Below are positions 11,576 through 25,800 of a DNA stretch of 64,000 nucleotides, in pieces. Source of the stretch: Podarcis liolepis (Eukaryota); NCBI GenBank assembly GCA_965112155.1, contig OZ218099.1. One strand, 5' to 3'. The notes beneath the pieces were generated by a model. The model made no database searches and had not been told where the DNA came from. It was given only the letters and a program-made list of their open reading frames with translations. The position numbers and the translations under genes were made by a program. Positions within the stretch are counted from its first letter, which is position 1; each line of letters begins with the position of its first letter.

Positions 11576-14500
11576 ATGGCGGCGGGGACGGGTAGTGCGT
11601 GGGGGTCTTTCTTTGGGGAAGGAGGGGCTGGCGCGGAGAGGGGAGCTAGGGTTGGCCCCGCCATAAAAAAAAAAAAACTAGAGAAGGATGCCTGTTTCTT
11701 GGTTGAGCGAAGCTTCGTTTGTTGTGTCAGGTGTCAGGCAACTTTTAACATGACTTTAAGAAGGGTTGGTTGGGAGGTGGCTTGTCTAAAAGGCCTCCGA
11801 TGACAGGTCAGTTTTCTCCTTAGCTGAGGTACCCAGGAATAACAGCATAAGGTAAAGGGACCCCTGACCATTAGGTCCAGTCGTGGCCGACTCTGGGTAG
11901 TAAAAAGCCTTATGCTTAGCCAGACAAACGGCTTATTTGTTCATACTGACTGGCAGTGACTTTCCAGGGCTTCAGACAGGAATCTTCCCTACCACTAAAT
12001 GAAGGCACCTCTTCAGGGTTTCAGATGGGAATGTTTCCTGAGGTTAACAGGAAATTAGCCGTGTGACTTTTTGCATGCAGCATATATTCTCTGACACTGA
12101 GCTGTTACCAGTAGACTTTTCATTGAATTGACTTTTAGTGTGGCTTTTTGGGCGTGGGGCATGGAGGGTGTAGGGGCTTGAAAACCAAACTTTTAAAAGC
12201 AGCATGGATTGAGATAGATTTAATTTAGTTTGAGGGTTCTTTTTAACTATGTGGGCATGTTGCAACACCGTAATGTCTATCTTTTTCCACATCAGAGCAC
12301 AAGTTGCTGAGTGCTGGGCCTACAGAGCCATGGTCTATCCGGGAAAAACTTTGCTTGGCTTCTTCGGTCATGCGGAGTGGAGACCAAAACTGGTAAGAAA
12401 CTGGAACATAGGTTTTTAATAATAATAATAATAATTAATAATAATAATAATTTATTTGTACCCCGCCCATCTGGCTGGGTTTCCCAAGCTACTCTGGGCG
12501 GCTTCCAACAAAGATTAAAAATACATTAAAATGTCACACATTAAAAACTTCCCCAGTCCAATCAACTGGTGACCAAACCTTTCCCACTATATTTTGCCCA
12601 GCAAAGGAGGGAAGATCTTGAAACTTTCTTCTTTTTCTCTAGGGTGTCTGTCAGCAGAGCCATCAAACCCTTTGCAGAGCCAGGCCGCCCACCTGATTGG
12701 TTTTCCCAAAAGGTAGGGTGCTTAAATCTCACATCATAATAGGCTTTCATTTCACCTATGGGGAATACCTGTTCAGGGGACTCCCTGTAAGGATCTATTG
12801 CATGTTAAATGCGTAAAACATATTTAAAATTGTTTGCCAGGAAAGTATACTTCCTAGCCCACATATCTGGAAACAGCTTTAATATGTGGAATGTGTGTTA
12901 TATAAACTACCCCAAGTTTTTGTCTCAACTCAGATTCTTAGTGCTGTCTGTTGTGATTTATCTTCTGAAATCTGTATGCACTTTTATTATCTTTTTTTTT
13001 TTAGCATTGTGCATCACAATATTCTGAGCTTCTGGAGACCACAGAGACCCCAAAGTGAGTTCAAAGGCCAAACCACCTCTTTGAGTGGGGTGGGACAGGG
13101 CAGGACTTCACATTGCAAGGAAGATACTGTGTAATGGTAAACTACTGCATTATAGACTATTAGAGAACTGAAGAGGAATGACAGTTTGAACACAGCATAC
13201 GAAAGTACCTGAAACGCTGCTTCCTGACCATCTTTCTTTTTAAGTCTGGCTCCCAGAAATTATAGTAACTTGCATACTTTACCCTAAGCTGAATTATTTG
13301 GTTACAAAGAAAGATAATGCACTGGCAGAACAATCCAAACCCTGGCTGGGCAGTCACAAAACATGAAAGAAGGGCACAGCCACAGTCTCATCTGGCTCCA
13401 TCCAGACCCATAGCTCATGCTGGCCAGGTGGGGGGTAGACAGAATGCTGCCGGAGCAATCAGGCCCATTGCCATCAAATGACAGCAATGAGGCCAGCTAG
13501 GAATCAAGTGGATTCTGGATTAGCTCAGGCTGTTCTGACCACCTCCAGAATGCTGTGTTCTAGTTTGGGGAGTACTGTAGATGTGTTTCTCATATTTTTG
13601 TAACCTGTGCTTTACTTGGGGGTCAGTTCGACATCATTCCCCGGGAAAGAGCAGTAGGATGTTTAAATCTGCAAAAGTCACTCAGTTTTAGAAGCCAAAC
13701 ACTTTTTCATATGTTATTGTGTCTTGTGACTGAATCATTTGTTCTGTTTATTTGTGTTTCAGTCCCTATAAATTGTACAATGTACAATGTTTGGGAAGGT
13801 AGGCTTCTTGCAATTTCCCATACAAATTTCCAAAGTGGCTGGCTGATACTTAGGCTGTAGTGATCTTTTTAAGATTGCATTTCCACTGAGCTGCAGAAGT
13901 GCAAAAGTGGGAAAGAGATAATTGGAACAAGGAAGAATTAGGTGGGATATGTGAGGGCAAAAGGTGCTTTATATGGGAAGATTGAAAGCCATTACTGGTT
14001 GCTAGATTGTTTTCTCCTTTTTTGTGTAGAAGAAAGCGTGGTGAGAAGGGAGAAGTGGTAGAAACTGTGGAAGATGTAATTGTGAGAAAACTGACAGCAG
14101 AACGGGTTGAGGAGTTAAAGAAGATGATTAAGGAGACACAGGAAAAGTACAGGTACCTATCAGATTTTTTGGAGTGTGGAGCTCTTGAAAACCCTGGTTG
14201 CTTCAGGACATGTGAATAATGATAACGTGGATCAAACCTATCTGTGTTGTCTCTACAGGCAGCTGAAGAGGGATGCAGAACTGATCCAGGCAGGGCACAT
14301 GGACCATAGGCTGGAGGAACTGTGCAATGACATTGTGGTGTGGGTTATCTTATTATTTCCCTGCTACAGCTTTTCTTTCTTTCTGGGACTTCATATCTGA
14401 GCCCTCAGATTTAGTTCTTAGCGTTGCAACGAAATGATTGAACTTGACCCTTCTTGGCTTTATGGCAACATTACCCCATGTGGTGCAATTGCCCAAGCTT

Positions 14501-16787
14501 TGTAGCATTTGCTCACTTTCTCTCCCTCATCCCATGGCTTGCAGGGCCTTGTGGCTTTTGAAATAGAGCTTTGAGGACATTCTTGGGAAATGGTCCTGAT
14601 ATCTGGCCTGACATTTTTAAGGTCTTGGCTGAAAAGCCTGCCTCGGGGCTTAATTGTGAGCAGTTACTTATTATATTAGGGACTGTGGGATATCTGTCTA
14701 ACACATCCATGGGAAGCACCTCCGTTTTGCACCCAATAGCCTAGTGTAACATTGAACTTGGTTATTTTTTTCAGGAAGAAAAGAATGGAAGAGGAGGAGG
14801 CAGAAGTGAAGAGAAAGGCTACAGATGCTGCTTATCAAGGTTAGTTGGAAGCCAGTTTTTGATACGATAGAACTAAACTCTTGGAGGTGAACATGTTTAG
14901 TGGTACAACTGAGCTGAGACGAAAGAGGTCTACAGGTAGCTGGATTGGGTCAGCCTGATTTCCTCAGTCTTTCCTTTGTGAAGTGGAAGAGAGTGTATGA
15001 TTTTCAGAAGCCTCTCCCTTCTTCAAAGACTGTCCTCAGTATTAGATGCCAGGTTTTGGTGCAAGAATCCTGAGGGAAGGCAAAATGCCAGAGAGATTCT
15101 TCTAAGAGAAAAAGAGATGAAGTAAGAAAGCTGCCTGGATTAGTGATGAATAAGCCACTGAGGAAGCATTTGCTACCAGTTGCATATTCTGATTCTTTAT
15201 GCTAGGAGAAACGGCAGGAATTCGTTAGCACTAAGAATGTTTGTGATGGTGTTTTGGGGATCATTTCATCTTGTGCCGAGATTTCTTATTTATCAAGGTG
15301 ATTCTTTGAACTTCTTGACTGAATTTTCGGCATTTTCCAGCTCGTCAGGCAGTTAAGAACACATCACGAAGACCTCCAGGAATTATGGTCCGTTCTCCTG
15401 CAGGCTCAACCTCGCCAGGAGCAGACTACAGTCTGGGTGACTTATCTCAACCCACGTTGGAAGAGGCTAGTCCAGGGGTAAGGATACGGCAAGAATGAGA
15501 AACCATTGAGACGCTATAGGTCTCTCTGCAGTTTTCCCAGACTTCTTGCCCCCCCTTTTTTTCTTTTATAATGTTGATAGCTTGCATGCAACCTTTTCCA
15601 GAGAACAAAGCCTGCTTTGTGCTGTGTGGCAAAAGGTTGAAATGCACTTTGGTGGTAACTGCTAGTTTAGGTCTGAAAAGGTGGAGGTACACAAAGGGCT
15701 GAGGGGAGCAAGAGTGATGGAGGAGGTGCTTGGGGTATGCTTGGTCATTGGCCCCGGTGGGAGGGGTGATTGGGACTTGTCAGGATGATGAGGATGTGGC
15801 ATTGAACAGTGTGGTTTTTCTCTTTCTCAGGTAACTCCAGGGACATTGCCCAGCACCCCAGTTGCCTCCTTCATTGGGATCCCTGACACCCCTATGGGCT
15901 CCACCTCCCTGGATGCCCCCATGACCCCAGTCACAGATGATTCAGCCCAGAAAAAGATGCTAGGACAGAAAGCAACTCCGCCTCCTTCTCCTCTGCTTTC
16001 AGAGCTGCTGAAGAAGGGCAGCCTCCTGCCCACAAGCCCCAGGCTGGTATGGAGTTCCCTGCTTACATATGCAATAGTCCTGGTGAATCTCTGTGACTGA
16101 CTTTCACTGGAAAGGGCAAAAGGCCCAAGCATTTTTCAAAGGGGGAAGCTTAGATAGTCCTTAAATGCCACATGTTAATTTTGGCTGCTATATAGCAAAT
16201 TTTCCAAGCTCCACAAAGCACTATGCATGCAGCTTCTTAGTCATTCATATGATAACCCTATATGGCAGGCCAGTATTATTATCTGCATGTTACAGCTGTG
16301 GGGGAGAGTGACTGTCCTAATGCTACCAAGTGAGTTCATAATACTAAGATGGCATTTGAACTGGGAATTTTTAGTTCATGAGTATACAGGGTTGAAGACC
16401 ATACACAGCCATATTAAGGAAATGCAGTTGCAGATTGGTTGGGATTTTTATTGCTTTTTAAAATATTGTTCTTAATGGTGATTGGTTGTTTCTTTAAAAA
16501 ATTATTTATTATACTCACTATCTTGTTCTAACACGGGGCTCCCAGTGATTTCTCATCCAAGGTATTTGATCAGAACCACAATGGTTAGCCTCCAGTGCTT
16601 CAACATTAACTGCTTCCTGATCACTCACTGGAATTATTTTTAGTGTGGTTTGTTTAATAATTTAGTCCTAAATATGTTGTAAATCACCTCAAAGTATGAG
16701 GGAGGTGGGATAAAAATATTTTAAGTAAACATTGAGCATACAAAAGAGGAGAAGGAGGCAACCAAGCTGCATACAGTGAAATTAAAG

Positions 16788-16833
<46 letters not shown>

Positions 16834-19800
16834 ACACATGCAGAGAGAGAGAAACTATTTTATTTAACAGAAATTATATATCATTTACCCGAACTAAAAA
16901 GACTTTTAGATGGTTTACAACATTAATGTCAAATAGACATGATTTAGTGCAAGAACTTTAGGAAACCTCACACAATTACACAATAATTTGGATGTTTTGC
17001 ATTGCAATCCCATGCACCCAGGTAAGTGTGTATGAGATGGCAGCCATAATGTATTTTGTTTTGCTCTCTTAATATATTTAGAGCTTGTTCACTGCCTGCA
17101 TGTGGCGGGATCCCCAAAGAGCAGGGGTGTGTGAAGAAACTGTAGCCCTCCACATGTTGGACTCCAACCCACATCAGTCCCAGGCACATGGCCAGTTGGG
17201 TTTGGGCTGATGGGCATTCTAGTCCAATAATCTCCAGAGGGCCACAGCTTTCCCATCTGTCTCATAAAGTCTGTCTTCTCTCACCACTGGTGAGTGTGCA
17301 TGGGCAGGTGGAATGGACACTATGTGGAATGGGAAGATTTGCAGCCATATGGGGATCCCTTCATATGAGTAAGGTCATCTGGGATGTGTGTGACCACCTA
17401 TGCAATGTAGTCTTTGTTTGCTTCATATACACCTTGGTTATTTTTTTCCTTCTCTCCTGTGACTTTTTAATACATAGTGTGTCATTTTATGTTTTTAGCA
17501 TTGATTATATTGGGGAGGCGGGCTTGGGAAAAAATCTGTCTTGTGTTTCCAAGGAAAGCTCTACAATTTTCTCCTTTTTGAGCTGATCTTTCCTGTCTGG
17601 CATTTCTAACAAATTAAGCCAAGCTAACCTGAATTTCTAGCCGTGGATGAGAAGCTGAGTGTTATTTCTTTGGATGAGAATGAGGGAGTTTTTTGTTTTG
17701 GATTTTCCCTGCCTCTGTACTTGATTGACTTTATTAACTTGATTGACTTTATCCATGTTGCTGGCTCCTTGCTTAAATGCTACACGGGAGCAGCCAGAGC
17801 ACCTTGGCGGAGCCAGCTGCAAGAACCTGAGTTAGTTTTATTGGTAGTACAGGCAAGACCTTGTTGTGTGTGGATAGCAGTGGGAGAGTCTGTGTATTGG
17901 TTTTTAGTATGTGAATATCCTTTGGCAGGTGGGTGAGAGCGACATGACAGTAGTTTCTGGTCACACAAGCAGCTCTGGTCTCCTCCTGGACGTGGGAGGG
18001 GTTCTTCCAGGGCTGCACGGTGGAGAAATGCAGTCAGCTTCAACTACGGTTCCTGCATCTCCTGCTGCTTCAGGTAGGCCTATTCTGCTATTGTTGTGTA
18101 TTTCTTTCTATCCTAGAGTTGGAAGGGGCTTCAGAAGATATCCACCGCTACAGTGTGTAATTTCTGGTCTGCCATTTGTGTTGAGAACAGCAGAGGATGT
18201 GAGGGTCCTGTTTCAAATAATGTGAATAAATCAAGAACATATTCTATGAAAGCTGAGACCTTGGAAGACCAAATATGTAATTTGCATGGCAAAGCCTTTA
18301 GTCAAAGCTTTGCTTGTATGTGTCGGGGCTTTGTGTGATGTTTGATCATGTTACTTTGTGTTATGAATGTTATTGCCTTGATTCTCTTCCTTAAATCACT
18401 TTGTTTGCTTACTTCCCCTTAATCTCATGTTTAGCTTAATGTTCCTTTCCACTTCCTGCATTCTTTTGGTATGTTTGTTCTTGGTATGAGCTTTTGTGTG
18501 CATGGTATCTGAAGTGTGCATGTACACAAAAGCTCATCCCAAGAACAAACTTAGTTGGTCTTTAAGGTGCTACTGGAAGGAATTTTTTATGCACTTTTGT
18601 ATGTATTGAACTGATAGCTTGAGACTTTTATCTGAGCCATAGTGCGTCCTTTCCCCCTGCTCCCCCTTTCCTCCCTCCTTCCCTATCTTTCCCCTGCCCT
18701 CATTGTTAAGCACCTAGTAGTAGGCTGGTGGTGGGGAACCTAATTACGTCCACGACCTCAGCAGTTAGCCCTCTAGGTTGAGATCTATAGGTATAGGGTG
18801 GTATACAGATTTAATAAATAATATTTTCCCCCTTGTTTTGACGTCTTATGGCATCAAGTGCAAGAAAGTTCAAGCAGGAAAAGTTTAATAATAATAAGAG
18901 AAGAAAAAGTGTGAATCTTCCGTTGGAGCCAGGGTTTGAAGCTTGTCACATAATGTCCTATGACGTCAGCTAATTAACCCAAGGAGGCTCAGCCACTTTT
19001 GGATCCAGCTCTCCAGTGTGATCCAATTTCTCACCCCTTGTAAATCCAAAAGGATAATACAAACATAAAGATTGGTGCCAAGTGCAGCACAAAGTACCCT
19101 GAGAATCTCAACTTTTTAAAAAAGTAGTTTTCTGGCCCATTTTAAAACAATGTTAAAAGTATGTAATTCCTGAGGAAAATGCAGGTGTTGGGGAAGTGAT
19201 TGGAAGAAAAATCTTTGTATTCTATACCGGTTGCAGAATTCACCTTCTCTTGGTCCAAATACTCCCAGAGCAGTGTTAACATGGTGCATATACAGGCTTG
19301 GCTTCAGAGTTCTGCATCAGACTTTGTCTGCTCCAGCCCTGCTACATGACATAAGATCTTGATTGATGCCAAATTGCCTTCCTAGCTTGGTCCTCCTTGT
19401 TTTTTAAAGATCATTCTCACAATGATAAACCTTATAAGGAAAAAAATGTGGGCTCCAAGTCTGCTAAACACTCCGGATTCAGCAGAAGACTTGTGTTGAG
19501 CTTCAATGAAAGCCTTTTATACTTTACTAGTTCCCATGGCTCCAGAATCCTGCTATCCCTTGGGCATTGTTGCTCAGCCAAACTTTGCTCACTCCCTTCT
19601 TTCCCCTATCCGATTTAATCTATACCAAAATATTGTGAATTCTGCACACCTTTAAATACTGATAATTGAATTTAGGTTTTGCAAATAAAGGGAAAGCTAT
19701 GAAAACCTCCTATGATTTGTTCAGTGTACGAAAATGTGGTTGTTTTGCCCCAGATTAGGATTTCTTCTAGTATAAAATTCTGCCCTTCCTCTTTTAAAAG

Positions 19801-22800
19801 CACACAGTGATCCTTGCTTGTATATGCTCCTGAGCCCTGCTAAGTGAGTCCCAGGACAGCTCTCTGTGGTCCATTTTGTGACTTGTGTCGGCGTGTGCAA
19901 CCCTGGTGGGCATGAGCTGGTCAAGAGCCCAAGGATTGCTTGCTCTGTAGTATTCTGTAGCTTCTTGGCTAATGTGCTTTCCCCCCTTCTTCACACTTTT
20001 GTTAGGTGCTCCTACACTTTCCCGCCTTTTAGAAGCTGGTCCAGCGCAATTCACCACATCGCTTGCTTCCTTTTCTGCTGTTGCCAGTGAACCTCCAGGC
20101 AAACTCCTGCCTCCCCCTGTAGAGTCCGTGTCTCAGGCAACTCTAGTCATGGTGCCCACGCTACAAGCACCAGCTGCTGTGCCACCCGCTGCAACTCCCG
20201 AAAGTGTAACGACAGGTGCGTCCTTGCACTCGTATGCCCGTCCCTACCTTGCAGAAGACTTTCCCTCTTAGATTCGGTAGAAGGTCTAAAATCTGTAGCC
20301 AGGTGGTTGATTTTGGGATTTATTGTGCCAGAGGCCCAAGGTTGTTGAGAAGAGTCCCCCTTGTATTTCAGGCAGGGTGCAGGAACTGATAAAGGAAAGA
20401 TGATCAGGGGTGAAGTTATCGAGCGAGCGGGATAGAGCTAGACTCCGATGCTAAGTGATGGCTCCTGCTCTGACTCTTATCATTTAGGAGGGTGGGGAAA
20501 ATAGGGGCCATCAGCCTGCATGTGCCTTTATTTGGGGCTGTAGAATGTGTTTTGGTTTTCTTGATCTGACCCATGCTGCTGGTTGCTGCAGCTGCCAGGC
20601 TTTCACTTGACTTGTCACTCTTGTCCAGTGAGTCAGCCCAACACCTGTGTTTCCATGGAAGCAGTGCCTGATCCTCACACTGTGACAGTGTCAATGGACA
20701 GCAGTGAGATTTCCATGATCATTGATTCCATCAAGAAAGATTGCCTGGGCTCTGGGGCATCTGGTGCTGTAGGGACTTCCAAAGACCACAGCATTGATGG
20801 GAAGGAAGACCTAGATCTGGCTGAGAAGATGGACATTGCAGTTTCCTACACGGGGGAAGAACTGGACTTTGAGACTGTTGGGGACATCATAGCTATCATT
20901 GAAGACAAGGTAAAATTATCTAGAGGCTTGGTCATGCCTCTCCTATCGCATGAAATCATAGTTAAAATAAACTTCATTTGTTTTAAACAAGGGTTAAACC
21001 TTGCTGGGTTCAGGTGACACTACAAGGTATACCCTGGCTCAGCACAACTGGAGAGTCATGAGGCACCCACAATTTTAGCAGCGTGTAGAAGCATGCTGCT
21101 CATTCATATTGTTTAAATTACTGTTTTAATGCGACATGTGAACTAGACCTCTCCTCTCCCCTTGTGTTTAGCACCCTAGCCTGTTGAATAGACGGGGTAG
21201 TGCAAGGACTTTCTTTACATCTCCATTGTTCTCATGGCCTCTGATTGTTGCCTGTATCGCTGTTGGTAAAGGTGGACGACCATTCTGAAGTCCTGGATGT
21301 AGCAGCAGTAGAGGCTTTCTGCGATGAGATTGAGGATCCTCAGTCACTGACCGACCCCTGGGAGCACCCACTCCAACGAGAGCACCCAATCCAACAGGAG
21401 CACGAGAAGCAGAGTCAGATCCCCCCAATGGCTGTGACTGTAAAGCAGGAGAGACCAGACTGTGAGGAATCGGAGGCTAAGGGGATCAGAGATCTGATGA
21501 GCATTGGGGATCTGGGAACAGAAATAAAGACGGAACCTTCTGAGCAGGGACAGATTCATCTGAGCCCTGAGGAAGCTTCTGCACTAGCAACCAGAACAAG
21601 TGAAGCCCCTGAAGATGAAGAGACACGGGTTGCTGGTCTGGAGTGCTCTGAAATGGAGATGGAATCCTCAAAGGTTGAAATGGATCATGGCACAGTGAAG
21701 ACAGAGGTAAATCGATGAAGAGGCTTCTTGGATAGAACATGAATGGGGAATCGGTTGATAGATGAGGTATGGGAGGAGAGAGGGAGCCCCTAGCTTGAAG
21801 CTGTTTTTCAGACTTATGCTTAGTGCACAGTAACAAGCCAATTTGTTTGTTAGCCAAACTGACTAGACAAACTAACTGTGTTCACTCTGTGCAATCTATG
21901 CTTGGGCATTCTTAGATTTACCCCAAATAAAAATCTGGCATGTATAGATTATGCAGATTGCTGAAATTGGGGCAGGGGTTATAGGTATTCTTGTTTTGCT
22001 AGCCAGAAGGGAGTGGCAGTGAGTACTGAATCCCTGAATCCCAGTCCCTCGGGAATGTTCTTCAACTATCCCTGTCACTTGGAAGACATTACCCACCAAG
22101 TATATTGTGCAGTCACCCTTTCTTTATCATTGAAATCTGGATTCACAGTCAGCTGAACACTTCATTCTCCATTTCTTTGTACTTGTGGGGCTACAGCATA
22201 TGCACAGTTTTGGCCATATGTTAGATCCTTGGGGAGCCACTTGCTCAGGTATGCAGAGCTTTGCTGTGGATGCAGCTGTTTCGTTGTTCAATTACTGTCT
22301 GCTTTTAGAGTCCTGATGGCATAAAATATGACTTAATGCTGAGTTGTGTAGGAAGCTGGTCCTGTTGCTCATGTTAGGCCATTCTTTTCTTTCTAGCTTC
22401 CCCCTGATGATGATACGTCCTCCCCACATGCTCCAAGTGCAAGTGAAGATTCCTCACAAGCAGATCTTCACCACAAATATGAGCTTTCAGGTAACCTGAC
22501 TGGCTTGCTGGGGAAGGGGGAACTGGTTGTGACACTGCTAGGGAGGGAGGCTGGTATCTGACTGCCTGAAATTACTGGATTTAAAAAAAAATCCCCTTTT
22601 CCCCCCTTCCAGAATCAATGAAGGAAGAAGCCCAAGCTCTTTTTGAGAACCAACTGAAGGTATTTTATTTACCCTCAGATTTCTTGACTTACATGCAGAA
22701 TGAAAGTAGTTGTCAGCTGTTTGCATCTGAGGCCATAGGTGGAGAATGCCAGAATTAATTTAAAGTGTGATCCCAATATATACCAGGTTCTCAAAAATTA

Positions 22801-25800
22801 CAGACGAAAAGGAAAAGTTGAGTTAATCTTTCTGCAGGCAGAGATCCGGGCCTCCCTTGTAGCTGTGCTATTGTGTGTTAATATTTATTCCTATCCTGTT
22901 TTTTCTGGCCAAAGACCTTCAAAAGAATGAACAAAGTATTGTGTAACAAAATGCAATATAATTAATATCTGGCAACAGGCTGCACTGGGTGGGGGGAAGT
23001 AGTGGTGCAGGGATTCAGGGCTGCTACCAGCTCTGCTGAGAAGCTAGGCTGCTTCCTTCAGCTCACTTAGCAGCAGCCATTAACATCCAGCAGTGGGGGG
23101 GGGGGGTGCAGAGCCATATCATCTGAGCAGCTGAGAGACCAGCAATTCTGGCACCTGTTCGTGAAGTTTTCCACTCCAGCTGCCCACTGGAAGAATTTGA
23201 AATGAAGAACTTACACTTGAGTTTGCTTTTTCTTTCTCCCACCCAGTCTGTTTCCCTTTTGTGTTGTGTCCCTCTAAATTGTAAGCCTGTGGGCAGGGTC
23301 TCTTTGGGGAGGTTGGGGTAGGGAGAGTCCTGTTGTAAAAGCGGAAATAATTGTGCTAATAGGATGAGGTACCATCCTTCGTCTTAAACATGCAAAACCT
23401 GGCAACAATACCATCCATAGATTTTAAGATGCTGGCATAAAATTACAGAAATCAAGGGGAAAGTAGCAGAAGCTGAAAACCTCAATTGTTGAAAAAGTCT
23501 TGATGGAGAAGGGTGGGCTTTGCCATCTGTCAAATGTAGGAGAGGGAGGAAAATACACCTGCCTTTTGATAGAGTTGCCACTTCTGTGAAGAGCCTGTGA
23601 GATGGGGTGGGGGAAGTGGGACAGGGTCCCCTCTGTAAATCTCAGCAAGCAGATAGACTCATTTGGGGAAGTTAGCTGAAAGGCATTCTCCCTAATCATG
23701 CTTCCCTAGTATGCTAGGAGCAGATGTTTGCTCATATAGCTTTTCCTTTTCCTCTGCTGTCCTCTTTGGCAGCTGGTGCAGATGCTGTTATTGGCAGCTG
23801 CACCTTAGTTGTGCTACTTGATTTGCCTGGACTCTTAATCTTGTATCTAAGGGTGAAGAGGATGAGGAGGATGGTGCCAGTGAGGCTGCCAGTCTGGAAG
23901 AGCCCAAAGAGGAAGATCAGGGTGAGGGATACCTCTCTGAAATGGACAATGAGCCCCCTGTGAGTGAGAGTGATGATGGCTTCAGTATCCATAATGCGCC
24001 TTTGCAGTCTCACACTTTGGCTGATTCCATTCCCAGCAGCCCCGCCTCCTCACAGTTGTGAGTATTGGTGAACCTACAACTACTCACTAGATAGCCCAGA
24101 ACATGCAACTAGCCTGCTGAAAGTTGAGACTAACTTTGACCCTTTGTACAGTGGTATGTAGTGTGAATTAGCTGAGACCCATGCAATGTTATAGTCTTCT
24201 TCTTGTACTACTACTTGGCTGTATGGAGAAGCCTCAAGGTTAGGCTTTTGCTTGCTAGGAGACCAGCAAACATTTTTTTTTTTTTTTGTTAACTTAGATA
24301 AATTTGAAGTAGGAGGGGATGGATGTTGGAGATTGTGGTTAGTTGCTAGGCCATAATCTGTATGCTTTGCTTTAGGAGCCTTTGGGTGTCCTTTTCTAAT
24401 AGATGCCTTTTCCTCTTCAGCTCTGTTTGCAGTGAGGATCAGGAGGCTATTCAGGCCCAGAAGATCTGGAAAAAGGCTATTATGTTAGTTTGGAGAGCAG
24501 CAGCCAATCACAGGTAAATCAACTTGCATCCAGTGTCCAAGTATGTAGAACAGGAATGGGGAACCTTTTTGGCTCCATGGGCCAGATCTTTTATCAGGAT
24601 CTGCCTTATGGGGCAAATTTGACAGGTTGGCAGGGCCATCCACCGTCAAAATCCCTTGTGCTTTGCAAGTCTTCCTGCACGCTCCCCTTTTCAGCTACTG
24701 ATTGCAAAGGCTTAAAATGGGAGCAGGAGGAGACTCAGAAAGCCTTTTCCAAGTCTCTCTGCAGTTCCCATTCAAGCCTCCAAGACTGGGGACTTTAAAA
24801 AGGTGGGGATAGACTTGCAGAAGGCTTTAAAACAACCCCCACGTTCCTGTTTGAGCCTCTGGAGCCACAAATGGGAGTGCAGGAGCTATCCTAAAGTCTT
24901 TGAAGTAGCTGTTGTGATTAAACTGCTGTCTTGACTGCGTGGACTTGTTCCCTGCTGGGAATGCGTAGCCAATGCAGGATTAGACCCTGTCCTCCCACTC
25001 ATCAGCTGATGTCACCAGTGATGTCAGCTGATGGGTGTGTGTGTGGCCATGGTTTGGGAGAAATGACCTGGCAGTTCCCTACCCCCTGGTGTAGGAAGAG
25101 GAGAGACTGCTGTAGGTGTCTGTTGTGCTAACATTCATTCTAGAAGAGGCATTTCCTTGCGTGTGAAGAGAAAGGGGAATGCCTCTTTTTAATAGGGTGT
25201 TTGCCATCTGCAGTCTTTAGAAGTACTTACACTTAATTAATTGGGCATCTTTTTAGTTGAATAATTGCTTAGTTTAATATATTTTAAAACTTTTAATCAA
25301 TTAAATGTTGCAACTCTAGGCATTCCCATGCGAGTTTTTAGTACAAAACCCGGCAAATGCCATGAAATTTTGAAAAACTAAGCTGTCAAATTGAAACATA
25401 AACCCTCAAAACATGCCAGGTACTGATGGCTATGGGAGAAAACTGAAAAGGTATTGAGTGATCTTACCACATTATTCCAAAACCAATGGGCATCTGCAAC
25501 ATAATTCTGGTAGCCTATCTTCTGTGTTCAGCGGGTGTCATATCTTTGTGTGGTGCAATTCACAATACATCCATTTGACTGCATATCTGCTACTGCTCTA
25601 ATGTGCATATTTTTCAAGTCCCAACTGCGCTTTGCCAGTTTGATGGAACTGGTACAAAAATATGCATATATAACACTGGTGTATAGTTTCCTCTTTGTGT
25701 AGCTCCAGTCATAGAAGGTGGATTTTGAGGTGTAGAATTCTCTTGGCTATAGCATATTGAGCAAATGAGTGGAGAGCATGTTGAAAACAGTTCTGTACTT

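Noticed and set aside
10867-11803. Several 100-180 aa ORFs overlapping the NHP2/BRD8 5' ends
   Set aside because: Expected by-products of stop-poor CpG-island sequence.
17719-17752. CTTGATTGACTTTAT tandem pair (also ACTTGAAGTCAGGAG twice at ~27175-27209)
   Set aside because: Two-copy slippage duplications, not an array; no CRISPR-like or other function is supportable.
23363-23368. Possible 6-nt BRD8 microexon AG|GATGAG|GT
   Set aside because: There is no polypyrimidine tract, the donor is weak, and the frame is preserved without it.
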